From: Acidobacteria bacterium UBA2161 | GTDB lineage: Bacteria > Acidobacteriota > Vicinamibacteria > Vicinamibacterales > UBA823 | NCBI GenBank assembly: GCA_002328835.1 | Contig: DCWN01000002.1 | Location: 39,314-103,313, forward strand | Length of the DNA stretch: 64,000 nucleotides | Reading direction: 5' to 3' | Shown: piece by piece, positions 19,981-29,908 of the stretch | Position numbering within the stretch: the first letter of the stretch is position 1 | How the letters are laid out: each line of letters opens with the position of its first letter | Notes under the pieces: model-generated | Database searches by the model: none | Told to the model about the DNA's origin: nothing | The model's input: only the letters and a program-made list of their open reading frames with translations | Position numbers and translations under genes: made by a program

Positions 19981-21672
19981 ATGAGACGTTTGAGCTTCGT
20001 CGTCGTGTTGTTGGCTGCTGCGGCCGTGGCGCTGGTGCAGGCGGGCAACCAGCCGATCCGGGCGCGCAACGGCATGGTCGTGTCGCAGAACGCCATCGCG
20101 TCCCAGGTTGGTATCGACGCGCTGGAGGATGGCGGAACGGCCATTGACGCAGCGGTCGCCACGGCGTTCGCGCTGGCCGTCACGCATCCGACCGCGGGCA
20201 ACATCGGCGGCGGCGGATTCCTCGTCCACCGCGAGGCGTCGGGCGACGCGATCGCCTACGACTTCCGCGAGCTCGCGCCGGCCGGCGCGTCGGCGACGAT
20301 GTGGTTCGAGGATGACGAGTACTCGTTCCAGCGCCACCACATGAGCCACCTCTCGGTCGGCGTTCCCGGCACGGTCGCCGGTCTGTATCTGGCCTGGGAG
20401 GAGCACGGCACGCTGCCCTGGCGGCGCCTGGTCGATCCGGCGATCGCGCTGGCGCGTGACGGGTTTCCGGTGACCCACGCGCTCGCCGCGTCGCTCGAGC
20501 GGGCGGTCCAGCGGATGAGCCAGCATCCGGCGTCGGTTGCGCAGTTCTCCAAGGACGGCGTTCCCTACGAGGCCGGCGAAACCCTCGTGCAGCCCGATCT
20601 GGCGCGCACACTGGAGCGGATTGCCGACCAGGGTCCGGCCGGCTTCTACGCCGGGGAGACGGCTCGGTTGATCGCCGACGAGATGCGGGCGAACGGCGGC
20701 CTGATCACCGAGGCCGACCTCGCCAACTACGAGGCCAAGAAACGGGAGCCGATTCGCGGCACCTACCGCGGCTACGAGAACATCTCGATGCCGCCGCCGA
20801 GTTCAGGCGGCATCGTCCTCGTCCAGATGCTCAATGTGCTCGAGGACTACGATCTGGCGTCGTTCGGCTTCCGTTCGGCACGGACGGTGCACCTCATCAC
20901 CGAGGTGATGCGGCGCGGCTATGCCGACCGGGCGCTGCACCTCGGCGATCCCGACTTCAATACTGACATGCCGATCGACCGGCTGACGTCGAAGGCCTAC
21001 GCGGCCGAGCAGCGCGCGTCGATCGACATGGCGCGCGCGTCGGTGTCGAGCCCGACGAGCTTCACCTGGCCTGCGGAGAGTCCCGAGACGACGCACTTCT
21101 CGGTCGTGGATCGCGACCGGGACCCCGTGTCGCTGACGTACACGCTGGAGTTCGGCTATGGCTCGGGCATCGTCGTGCCAGGCGCCGGGTTCCTCCTGAA
21201 CAACGAGATGGGCGATTTCAATGCCGGCCCGGATACGACCAACGCCGATGGGCTGATCGGCACCGAGCCGAATCTCGCGGCGCCGGGGAAGCGGATGCTC
21301 TCGAGCATGACGCCGACGATCGTGGCCAGAGACGGCCAGCTGTTCATGGTCACGGGGAGCCCCGGCGGCCGGACGATTATCAATACCGTCCTCCACACGA
21401 TCCTGAACGTGGTGGACTTCGGGATGAACATTCAGGAGGCGGTCGACGCGCCTCGGTTCCACCATCAGTGGCTGCCCGATCGGATCAACTACGAGCGCCA
21501 CGGGTTGTCGCCCGACACGACCGCCCTGCTCGAGTCGCGCGGCCACGCGTTGCGTGAGGTCGGTGGCCAGGGCGTCGCCGAAGCGATTCTCAACAACGCG
21601 GAGAACGGTCTGCTGGAGGCCGCGCTCGACGGCCGCGCCGCCGACGGCGGCGCCGTCGGCACTGATAGGTAG
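19981..21672 (+). CDS. ggt: Gamma-glutamyltransferase
   Basis: AGNIGGGGF, DFRE, VGVPGTVAG, ETTHFSVVD, LLNNEMGDF, KRMLSSMTP, GSPGG, PRFHHQW. Confidence 0.94.
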   Translation: MRRLSFVVVLLAAAAVALVQAGNQPIRARNGMVVSQNAIASQVGIDALEDGGTAIDAAVATAFALAVTHPTAGNIGGGGFLVHREASGDAIAYDFRELAPAGASATMWFEDDEYSFQRHHMSHLSVGVPGTVAGLYLAWEEHGTLPWRRLVDPAIALARDGFPVTHALAASLERAVQRMSQHPASVAQFSKDGVPYEAGETLVQPDLARTLERIADQGPAGFYAGETARLIADEMRANGGLITEADLANYEAKKREPIRGTYRGYENISMPPPSSGGIVLVQMLNVLEDYDLASFGFRSARTVHLITEVMRRGYADRALHLGDPDFNTDMPIDRLTSKAYAAEQRASIDMARASVSSPTSFTWPAESPETTHFSVVDRDRDPVSLTYTLEFGYGSGIVVPGAGFLLNNEMGDFNAGPDTTNADGLIGTEPNLAAPGKRMLSSMTPTIVARDGQLFMVTGSPGGRTIINTVLHTILNVVDFGMNIQEAVDAPRFHHQWLPDRINYERHGLSPDTTALLESRGHALREVGGQGVAEAILNNAENGLLEAALDGRAADGGAVGTDR

Positions 21673-21678
21673 GAGGGT

Positions 21679-21702
21679 GGAGGCAGGCGACAGCCTGCCT
21701 CC
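21679..21702. terminator. Perfect hairpin between convergent ggt and SDR genes, possible bidirectional terminator
   Basis: GGAGGCAGGC-GACA-GCCTGCCTCC, 10-bp stem; no long U tract. Confidence 0.6.
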
Positions 21703-21708
21703 GACATC

Positions 21709-22497
21709 TTAATAGCTACTCAACATGCCGCCGTCGACCTGGATGGCGGCGCCGGCGATATAGCTCGCGGCTTCCGAGGCCAGGAAGACCGCCAGGTTGG
21801 CCAGTTCCTCGGGCCGACCCAGCCGGCCCATCGGGATCGTGGCGACCGACTCCTTGCGAATCTCCTCGAGCGTCGTCCCCTGGCGCTCGGCATCCACCCG
21901 ATCCAGTTCGTCGATGCGCTCGGTGTAGACCCTGCCAGGCGCGATGACGTTGACGAGAATGTTCTCGCCGGCGAGTTCCTTCGATAGCGTCTTCGCCGTG
22001 CCCAGTACGCCCATGCGCATGGCGTTCGACAGCACCAGATTCGGAATCGGCTGCCGGATCGAGGACGAGGCGATCGCAATCACGCGGCCGTAGCCGGCCT
22101 GCCGCATCGGCGGCACGGCCGCGCGGGCGACGCGCACGAAGCTCATCAAGCTCAGCTGAAAGGCCAGGGCCCACTGGCTCTCGTCAACGGCGCTGAATCC
22201 GCCGGGTGGCGGGCCGCCGGCATTGTGGATGGCGATCTCGAGGCCACCGAACTCGTCCACGGCCGCCTGCACCAGCCGCTCGGCCGTGGCGGCGTCCGTG
22301 ACGTCGGCCGCGACGCTGTGCACGCGCGCACCCGTCTCCTTCCGGATCCGTTCAGCCGCGGCGTCGATGCGCGTCTGGTCTCGGCTGGCGATGACGACGT
22401 CGCAGCCTTCGTTGGCCAATCCCGCCGCGCAGGCGTAGCCGAGGCCGCGGCTCGCGGCGCACACCAGCGCGCGTTTCCCCTTGAGTCCGAGTTCCAC
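21709..22497 (-). CDS. SDR family oxidoreductase (3-oxoacyl-ACP reductase-like)
   Basis: ASRGLG, HNAGGPPPG, VNVIAPG, IPMGRLGRPEE, VDGG; GGAGG RBS. Confidence 0.9.
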   Translation of the reverse strand: MELGLKGKRALVCAASRGLGYACAAGLANEGCDVVIASRDQTRIDAAAERIRKETGARVHSVAADVTDAATAERLVQAAVDEFGGLEIAIHNAGGPPPGGFSAVDESQWALAFQLSLMSFVRVARAAVPPMRQAGYGRVIAIASSSIRQPIPNLVLSNAMRMGVLGTAKTLSKELAGENILVNVIAPGRVYTERIDELDRVDAERQGTTLEEIRKESVATIPMGRLGRPEELANLAVFLASEAASYIAGAAIQVDGGMLSSY

Positions 22498-22521
22498 GAT
22501 CGATGACCTCCTGAGTGGGAC

Positions 22522-24735
22522 CTACTCGCCGCCCGCGCCGTACAGGCGCCGGTAGGAGTCGTAGTTCGTCAGGACCTCACGGACGAAACGGCGTGTCTCG
22601 CTGTAAGGAATGGCGTCGACGAAGTAGTCCTCGCGCAAGCCGTCGGCGGCGCGCCACCAGACCTCGGCCAGGCCCTCACCGGCGTTGTACGACGCGGCGA
22701 CCGGCGCGAGATGGCCGTCGAACATCCCCAGGAGCGTGCCGGCCAGCCGGGCGCCGATGGCGGCGTTGATCCGCGGTTCGAGCATCGCGTCCTCGTCGTC
22801 GCTCACGTCGCCCACGCCGACGCGCGGGCCGAGCGCCGCTGCCGTGTAGGGCATGATCTGAAACAACCCGAGCGCGCCGACGGCCGAGCGCGCCCGCGGG
22901 TCGAAGCGTGATTCCTGACGCATGATCGCGTAGAGCACCAGCGGGTCCAGGTCGTTCGCCGCCGCGGCGGCTTCGATGTCCGCGCGGAATGGCCGCGGGT
23001 AGACCAGTTGCCAGAAGTCATCGGGTAGCGCGTCGGCTGGCCGCCGGAGAAACTCGCCGAAGTGATTCGCGACGATCCGCGACGCTCGGCCGTAATCGCC
23101 GGAGGTGGCCAGGGCTCGGGCGGTCAGCAGCGCCAGACCCCGGTCGCGCGAACGGCGCTCGAGCAGGTTCCAGAGCATGTCGGCGGCTTCGCGGGCGAGC
23201 CCGGCCCGCGCCAACGCGGTGGCGGCGCCCAGTTCGGGTGCTCGGCGGCTGCTGTCCGAAAGGCCGAGCGTCGGGAACGTGGACCGGGTGCGGCGACGTG
23301 CGGCGCCGGCCGCGGCGAGCGTGGCGTCGGCGAGACGCTCGGAGCCGCGAACCCCGTAGTAGTGATAGGTGAAACGCGTGGTCAGCGACCGGAGCGCGTC
23401 GAGGGCCGCAGTGGTCCGTCCGAGCCGCTGCTCGGCGACGGCCAGCCAGTAGAGCGCGGCGGGTGCGAGTTCACCGGTCGGTCCCCGGCGCACCAGACTC
23501 CGGAGGTTCGTGGCGGCGCGTTCGAGCTGTCCAGCCTGCAGCGCGGCGACGCCGGCGCGCCAGAGGACGGTGCGCTGGTCGCCGGCCGATCGGGTGATCC
23601 GGAAGAGCTCGCGATAGACGTCGAGCCCCTCGTCGACGCGCCCGACGGCCACGAGATAGGCGGCCAGGAGTGTCCCCGTGTCGCGCCGGATGCTGAGCGG
23701 GGTGCCCGGCACGCGGCCCTGCCAGAGATCGCCACCGAGCGCTCGCACCTCTTTGGTGCGGCCGAGTCTCACGGCGAGGCGGAACCGGATAAGTCGGATC
23801 CTCGGCAACTGGCGGTGTGACGGGTAGCGGCTCGCAAACGCCGCGCAGGCCGCGATCGCCGCGTCGTTCGACCGCATCGCGTACAGCGTCTCGACCCGCT
23901 CGAGGTCGAGTTCGCTCGGGTCGGTCGAGTCCGAATGCACGTCCGCCCACTCGTTGAGCAGTTCGAGGGCGGTCCGGTATCGCGCGCCGCGGCGAAGGCG
24001 CTGAACGAGATCGGCGTACTGATCGGACGTGAACACCGGCAGCGCACCAGCGGTGTCCAGCCGGCGCACGGCGGCCCGGGCTTCGACGAACGCCGCCGCC
24101 GACCGGAACTGGAGCTGGGTCTCGCGATAGCGCGCGAGTGCGCGATCGACCTCTCCCGCGGCCTCCCGCATTGCCGCCAGTCCCAACCGGGCGCGATCGG
24201 CGGCCGCGCCCGTTCGCCCCAGGCCCAGGACTTCCCGGTATCTCGCCGCCGCACGATCCGATTGGCCCGCATCGCGCAGCGTGTCGGCGACCACCATCAG
24301 GCGGGGCACGTCGTCGCGGCCGGCCCGGCTTCCCACGAGCGCGGTCAAGTGCTCATCGGCCGACTGGGCCGCCCCGCGGTCGACCGCGCTGTCGACGAGC
24401 CGGCCGAGCACGAAGGCACGGAGCGCGGGCTCCGTGCCGGCCAGTGCCCCCCAGAGCGATTCGCTCTCGGCGGCCCGGCCGGCGGCGTCGTGAATCTGCG
24501 CCCGCAGGAGCTGCGCCGCCACGGGTTCGTCGGACTGGGCCGCGATCGAGCGGTCGAGCGCGACGAGCGCCGCGGCCTGGTCGCCCGCTTCCAGTTGCCG
24601 CGTTGCTTCGGGAAAGAGGGTAGGGGGCAGCCGGAGTTCGCTGGCGGATTGGCCGAGAGCTGGTGTGACCCCCACGACAGCCACGACCGCGAGGTGCCCA
24701 GCGACGACCCAACTGGCACGCTCAGCCGGGTTCAT
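22522..24735 (-). CDS. Soluble lytic murein transglycosylase (Slt-like) with TPR-like helical repeats
   Basis: IMRQESRF, GALGLFQIMP, ASYNAG, IPYSETRRFV; N-terminal signal peptide. Confidence 0.9.
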   Translation of the reverse strand: MNPAERASWVVAGHLAVVAVVGVTPALGQSASELRLPPTLFPEATRQLEAGDQAAALVALDRSIAAQSDEPVAAQLLRAQIHDAAGRAAESESLWGALAGTEPALRAFVLGRLVDSAVDRGAAQSADEHLTALVGSRAGRDDVPRLMVVADTLRDAGQSDRAAARYREVLGLGRTGAAADRARLGLAAMREAAGEVDRALARYRETQLQFRSAAAFVEARAAVRRLDTAGALPVFTSDQYADLVQRLRRGARYRTALELLNEWADVHSDSTDPSELDLERVETLYAMRSNDAAIAACAAFASRYPSHRQLPRIRLIRFRLAVRLGRTKEVRALGGDLWQGRVPGTPLSIRRDTGTLLAAYLVAVGRVDEGLDVYRELFRITRSAGDQRTVLWRAGVAALQAGQLERAATNLRSLVRRGPTGELAPAALYWLAVAEQRLGRTTAALDALRSLTTRFTYHYYGVRGSERLADATLAAAGAARRRTRSTFPTLGLSDSSRRAPELGAATALARAGLAREAADMLWNLLERRSRDRGLALLTARALATSGDYGRASRIVANHFGEFLRRPADALPDDFWQLVYPRPFRADIEAAAAANDLDPLVLYAIMRQESRFDPRARSAVGALGLFQIMPYTAAALGPRVGVGDVSDDEDAMLEPRINAAIGARLAGTLLGMFDGHLAPVAASYNAGEGLAEVWWRAADGLREDYFVDAIPYSETRRFVREVLTNYDSYRRLYGAGGE

Positions 24736-24915
24736 GCGCCCAGCGTACCATGAGCGGCAGCAGCGGGGCCGGAGGTATAATCGAAGGCCTCGTCGGCCCG
24801 TGCGACCGCGGCACGACTCCTCGCTTGCGCCGCACGAGCTGCCGCGCGTCCGCGCGAACGGTCGCCGACCTCAACGGCCGGCGGGCCGGGCCGATCGTTC
24901 CACTGGGAGGTTTTC

Positions 24916-27900
24916 ATGTCCGCGTTTGCATCCAGCAGGTCCAACCCGTTCCACAGCGTTCTTCGAGTGATACTCCTCGTGGTCGGCGTCGCCTTCATCG
25001 CGTCGGCACCGCTCCACGCGCAGGCCGTCGCGCCAGACGAGGACGGGAGCGTCTCGGTCGATCCGGAGTTGTTCGAGACGCTCGAGTACCGCCAACTCGA
25101 CTTCACCCGCGGCGGCCGGTCGACGGCGGTGACCGGCGTTGTCGGCAGCCCGCTCGTCTACTACCACGGTTCCACCGGAGGCGGTGTCTGGAAGACGGTC
25201 AACGCAGGGCAGTCGTGGGACCCGATTTCCGACGAGACGTTCGAGGCGGGCTCGATTGGCGCGATCGCCGTTGCCGAATCGGACTTGAACGTGGTCTACG
25301 TCGGCACCGGCTCGGCGTGCCCGCGCGGGAACATCTCGCCTGGCGTCGGCATGTATCGCTCGACCGACGCGGGCAAGACCTGGCGTCACGCGGGGCTGCC
25401 CGACGCGGGGCAGATCGGCAAGATCCGCGTCCATCCGAAGAATCACGACCTCGTCTACGTGGCCGTGCTCGGCAACCTGTTCGGTCCGAGCGACACGCGC
25501 GGTGTGTTCCGGTCGAAGGACGGCGGGGAAACGTGGGAGCACGTGCTCGCCGTCAGCGACCGCACGGGCGCCGTCGATCTCTCGATGGATCCGTCGAACC
25601 CACGCGTCCTGTACGCCGGGATGTGGGCGGTTCGCCGCTCGCCGTGGTCGATCGATAGCGGCAGCATGGACGGTGGAATCTACAAGACGACCGACGGCGG
25701 AGACACCTGGGCGCGCCTGGAGGGCGGGTTGCCCACGGGCGTCATGGTGGGCAAGACGTCGGTGTCGGTCTCGCCCGCGGATCCCGACCGCGTCTGGGCG
25801 CTCATCGAGGCCGCCGACGACGAAGGTGGCGTCTATCGGTCCGACGACGCCGGGGAGACGTGGCAGCGGGTGAACCGCGAGCGCCGCCTGCTGCAGCGGG
25901 CGTGGTACTACATCCACATCTACGCCGACCCGGTCGACGTCGACACGGTCTACGCGCTCAACACCGGGTTCTACAAGTCGACCGACGGCGGGCGCACGTA
26001 CGAGCGGATTGCCGTGCCCCATGGCGACAATCACGATCTGTGGCTCAACCCGGAAGACCCGTCCGTGATGATCAATGCGAACGACGGCGGTGCGAACGTC
26101 TCGTTCACCGGCGGGCGCGCCTGGTCGACCCAGCAGAACCAGCCGACGGCGGAGATCTATCGGATCACCGTCGACGACCAGTTTCCCTACCGCGTCTACG
26201 GCGCCCAGCAGGACAACAGCACCGCGTCGGTGTTGAGTCGTGGGCCAGGCGACTTCTACTCGGTGGGGGGCGGCGAGAGCGGACACATTGCCGTGGATCC
26301 GCGGGATCCCGACATCGTCTTCGCGGGCAGCTACGGCGGCACGATCACGCGGATCAACGTGCGGACGAGAATCCGCGAGAGCATCCGCGCCTATCCCGAT
26401 TCGCAGACCGGTCAGCGCGCGGCCGATATGCAGTACCGCTTTCAGTGGAATGCGCCGATCCGGATATCCCCGCACGATCCTGATGTCCTCTACCACACGT
26501 CGCAGGTCGTGCATCGCACGCGCGACGGCGGCCACAGCTGGGAGGTCATCAGCCCCGATCTCTCGCGCGCCGATCCCGCCACCCTGGATTATTCCGGCGG
26601 CGCCGGCATCACCCGTGACAACACTGGTGTCGAGGTCTACGGCACCATCTTCGCGTTTGAGGAGTCACCGCACGCGGCCGGCCTGCTCTGGGCGGGGTCG
26701 GACGATGGGCGGGTTCACCTTACCCGCGACGGCGGCGGGACGTGGATCGAGATCACGCCCGACGGCATACCCGAGTCCGGCGTCGTCAACGTGATCGACC
26801 TGTCGGCCCACGACCCGGGGCGGGCGCACATCGCGGTCTACCGGTACCGGCAAGACGACTTCGCCCCCTACATCTTCCAGACGAGCGACTACGGCGCGAC
26901 GTGGACCCGGCTGACCGACGGTGGGAACGGCATCCCGGCCGATCATTTCGTCCGGGCCGTGCGCGAGGATCCCGAGCGCCGGGGCCTGCTCTACGCGGGA
27001 ACCGAGTTCGGACTGTACGTGTCGTTCGATGACGGGGCGCGCTGGCAGCCGCTTCAACTGAATCTCCCCGTGACTCCGGTGACCGACCTGGCCGTGCACG
27101 AGGGCAATCTGGTGGTGGCCACCCAGGGGCGAGCGTTCTGGGTCCTCGACGATCTGGCGGTCCTTCGGCAGCTCGATTCGGGCGCGCCGACCGATCGGGC
27201 CCGCCTCTTCACCCCTGCCCCCGCGTTTCGAAGCGGTGGCGGCCCGGCAGCGTTCTTTCTCTACCTTGCCGAAGCACCCGAGGGGGAGGTGGCGATCGAC
27301 GTGCTCGACGGCGCCGGCGACCTCGTGCGCGGTTTCTCGGGACGCGCCGACGCCGACGAGTCTGCCGCCGACGACGATGCCGTGACGCTGTCGCAGGGTC
27401 TGAACCGGATCGCCTGGAACGCGCGGTATGCGCCGCTCTTCGAGATCCCCGAGGGGATCGTGATGTGGGGCGGGTCGGAGGGTGCGCCCAGGGTCGTCCC
27501 GGGCACCTACCAGGTGCGGGTGACCGTCGGTGACTGGAGCGACACCCAGTCGTTCGAGGTGCGCGCCGACCCGCGCATGGAGACCACGCTCGCCGAGTAT
27601 CGGGAGCAGCTCGACCTGGCCAAGGAGGTCGGGCTTCGAATCGCTGACCTGTATGCGGAACTGCTGCGGCTGCGAGAGGTCAAGTCGCAGGCGGCCGAGA
27701 TCGGCGACCGGTTGGAGCGGGCCGGTCACGGTGACGATGTGGCTCGGGCCGCGACGGAGCTGAGCGAGCGCCTCACCGCGATCGAAGCCGAGCTGACCCA
27801 GCTCGAAGGGGAAGGTGGGCAGGACGCGCTGAACTTCCCGGGACGGCTGGACAACCAGTTCGTGGTGCTCTACAACGCCGTCGCGGAGACCGACCGACGC

Positions 27901-28059
27901 CCATCGGCTGGTGCGCGTGAGCGCTTTACCGATGTCAGTCCGGGCCTGGCGGAGCTGCTCGAGCAGATCGAGGTGACGCTCGGCGCGGAGCTGCCGCGGT
28001 TCAACGAGCTGGTGAGGAGCAAGGGCGTGCCGGCGATTATCCTCAGCCGGGATCCCTGA
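24916..28059 (+). CDS. Secreted BNR/Asp-box beta-propeller protein (VPS10/sortilin-like, putative glycosyl hydrolase)
   Basis: Many S/T-x-D-x-G-x-T-W repeats, PHGDNHDLW, YGAQQDN, YRFQWNAP; GGAGG RBS. Confidence 0.88.
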   Translation: MSAFASSRSNPFHSVLRVILLVVGVAFIASAPLHAQAVAPDEDGSVSVDPELFETLEYRQLDFTRGGRSTAVTGVVGSPLVYYHGSTGGGVWKTVNAGQSWDPISDETFEAGSIGAIAVAESDLNVVYVGTGSACPRGNISPGVGMYRSTDAGKTWRHAGLPDAGQIGKIRVHPKNHDLVYVAVLGNLFGPSDTRGVFRSKDGGETWEHVLAVSDRTGAVDLSMDPSNPRVLYAGMWAVRRSPWSIDSGSMDGGIYKTTDGGDTWARLEGGLPTGVMVGKTSVSVSPADPDRVWALIEAADDEGGVYRSDDAGETWQRVNRERRLLQRAWYYIHIYADPVDVDTVYALNTGFYKSTDGGRTYERIAVPHGDNHDLWLNPEDPSVMINANDGGANVSFTGGRAWSTQQNQPTAEIYRITVDDQFPYRVYGAQQDNSTASVLSRGPGDFYSVGGGESGHIAVDPRDPDIVFAGSYGGTITRINVRTRIRESIRAYPDSQTGQRAADMQYRFQWNAPIRISPHDPDVLYHTSQVVHRTRDGGHSWEVISPDLSRADPATLDYSGGAGITRDNTGVEVYGTIFAFEESPHAAGLLWAGSDDGRVHLTRDGGGTWIEITPDGIPESGVVNVIDLSAHDPGRAHIAVYRYRQDDFAPYIFQTSDYGATWTRLTDGGNGIPADHFVRAVREDPERRGLLYAGTEFGLYVSFDDGARWQPLQLNLPVTPVTDLAVHEGNLVVATQGRAFWVLDDLAVLRQLDSGAPTDRARLFTPAPAFRSGGGPAAFFLYLAEAPEGEVAIDVLDGAGDLVRGFSGRADADESAADDDAVTLSQGLNRIAWNARYAPLFEIPEGIVMWGGSEGAPRVVPGTYQVRVTVGDWSDTQSFEVRADPRMETTLAEYREQLDLAKEVGLRIADLYAELLRLREVKSQAAEIGDRLERAGHGDDVARAATELSERLTAIEAELTQLEGEGGQDALNFPGRLDNQFVVLYNAVAETDRRPSAGARERFTDVSPGLAELLEQIEVTLGAELPRFNELVRSKGVPAIILSRDP

Positions 28060-28197
28060 CGAGTTGAGGCGTGAGCGTGCACCGGTGCCCGTGTGTGGCG
28101 CTGGGTGGAGGAGCTACAATAGCGGGCGGAACGACCGCGCGGGCGCCGAACATGGGAGGTTGGGCGTGCGTGGGCGGCACAGCAACAGGAGAGTTTC

Positions 28198-29208
28198 GTG
28201 AAGATATCACCCGGGAAATTGGCCGGCATGAAGGCCGTATCGGACGGGCGGGGTGCGATCGCCGCCGCGGCAATGGATCAGCGCGGCTCGCTGAAGAAGG
28301 CGCTCGCCAAGGAAAAGGGCGGCGACGTCAGCGACGCGATGATGGAGGAATTCAAGAGCGCTGTGACCGAGGTGTTGACGTCGCACGCCAGCGCGATCCT
28401 GCTCGACCCGCAGTGGGGGCTCCCGGCGTCGAAGAAGCGCGCCGAAGACGCCGGATTGCTGCTCGCCTACGAGGAGAGCGGGTACGACAACACCCAGCCG
28501 GGCCGCCTGCCCGGCCTGCTGCCCGGCTGGTCGGTGCGGCGGCTCAAGGAAGAAGGCGCCAACTGCATCAAGATTCTCCTGTACTACACGCCGTTCGAGG
28601 CGGACGACGTCAACCGCCAGAAGCACGCCTTCATCGAGCGGATCGGCGATGAGTGCCGGGCGAACGACATTCCCTTCTTTCTCGAGCCGGTCGGCTATGA
28701 CCCGGCCGGCGGCGACGAGAAGGGGCCGGACTACGCGAAGACCAAGCCCGACGTCGTGAAGCAGAGCATGGCCGAATTCACGCAGGACCGCTACGGCGTC
28801 GACGTGATGAAGGTCGAGGTGCCGGTGAACATGAAGTGCGTCGAGGGCGCCGCGTCCTTCACGGGTACGGCCGCCTACTCACGCGCCGAAGCGCTCGATC
28901 ACTTTCGGGCGGCCGCCGTGGTGGCGACCAAGCCGTTCATCTACCTGTCGGCCGGTGTCAGCAACGCCGAGTTCACCGAGGCGCTCGAATTCGCCGCCGA
29001 GTCGGGCGTCAAGTTCTCGGGCGTTCTCTGCGGCCGCGCGACCTGGAAGGAAGGGATTCCGGTCTACGCCAAGCAGGGCATCGGCGCGTTCCGTGCCTGG
29101 CTCGAGGGCGAGGGCGTCGAGAACATCGGCAACGTGAACGAGCGGATCAAGGCCGCGAGTCCGTGGTTCGCCGCCTACGGCGCGGCGTCGGCCGACGCGC
29201 TCGCCTGA
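28198..29208 (+). CDS. lacD: Tagatose-1,6-bisphosphate aldolase (class I)
   Basis: AMDQRGSL, ASAILLDP, LAYEESGYD, KILLYY, DVMKVEVPV, PFIYLSAGVS, GVLCGRATW. Confidence 0.92.
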   Translation: MKISPGKLAGMKAVSDGRGAIAAAAMDQRGSLKKALAKEKGGDVSDAMMEEFKSAVTEVLTSHASAILLDPQWGLPASKKRAEDAGLLLAYEESGYDNTQPGRLPGLLPGWSVRRLKEEGANCIKILLYYTPFEADDVNRQKHAFIERIGDECRANDIPFFLEPVGYDPAGGDEKGPDYAKTKPDVVKQSMAEFTQDRYGVDVMKVEVPVNMKCVEGAASFTGTAAYSRAEALDHFRAAAVVATKPFIYLSAGVSNAEFTEALEFAAESGVKFSGVLCGRATWKEGIPVYAKQGIGAFRAWLEGEGVENIGNVNERIKAASPWFAAYGAASADALA

Positions 29209-29258
29209 CGGTCCGTTCTCCCTACGGCCGGGGCGTCCGTTGGACGTCCCGGCGCGCC

Positions 29259-29516
29259 ATGCCTTTCGAGTACCGCCCGGACGTCCTGGACGCACTCGCG
29301 GCGCACGGCGTTCGCCCCACACCTTCCACTCCGCCGGCCCTGGTCAAGGACCACGTCACCACGCTCTATCTGTACGAGTTGAGATCGCTGCGGGCGTCTA
29401 TGCTCCAGGGGGAGTTCCCGAAGGCTGACTACGCCAATCGCGTCGCCCAGTTGCGCGGCCGGTACCGCCTGATGTCGTTGCCCAGCGAACGGTGGGTGGA
29501 ACCGACGGCACGGTGA
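29259..29516 (+). CDS. Small hypothetical protein (85 aa)
   Basis: MPFEYRPDVLDALAAHGVRP...; protein-like composition, GC3-rich codons, follows lacD. Confidence 0.65.
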   Translation: MPFEYRPDVLDALAAHGVRPTPSTPPALVKDHVTTLYLYELRSLRASMLQGEFPKADYANRVAQLRGRYRLMSLPSERWVEPTAR

Positions 29517-29697
29517 CGTCAGTCCCAGACGAACTTACGGGCCTCTCTCGCCATCCGGCGCGAATGCATCCTCTCCTCGTCCGTCGATCCCGCTCGGCAC
29601 CGAATGGCCGGGCGCGACCTCGGAGTTCGGGCAACGTGTCGCCTCGAAAGGTGGTCCAGGCACCGGGATACAATCCCAGCGCATTGCCGGGAAATAC

Positions 29698-29713
29698 AGC
29701 AAGTTCACTGCCA
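29698..29713 (-). promoter_or_regulatory. sigma54 -24/-12 promoter
   Basis: Minus strand TGGCAG-TGAAC-TTGCT versus consensus TGGCAC-N5-TTGCW, exact GG-N10-GC spacing, in a low-GC intergenic region. Confidence 0.72.
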
Positions 29714-29822
29714 TCGGGCTATCGAGAGTGGCGATCGGAGCCAACCACCATTGGGTCAGTCATTTAACGTGAATCTTTCAGCAGAACCCGTCTGGTCCTG
29801 TGCCGCCTGAAACCCCATGTAT

Positions 29823-29908
29823 TGTGCCATTCAGGAACATGCGGACCGTCGAGAACCCAAAACGTCCAAAGAGTCACACCGTTTCGGTCATCGTTTCATA
29901 CTGGGACA
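29823..29908. promoter_or_regulatory. Candidate enhancer-binding-protein sites (UAS) for the sigma54 promoter
   Basis: TGTGCCATTCAGGAACA (29823-29839, TGT-N11-ACA) and CGTTTCATACTGGGACA (29892-29908, imperfect palindrome), 110-195 bp upstream of the -24 box. Confidence 0.5.

Noticed and set aside
29815-29829. Second sigma54-like site TGGCAC-AATAC-ATGG on the minus strand
   Set aside because: It lacks the -12 GC and is better explained as part of the TGT-N11-ACA site
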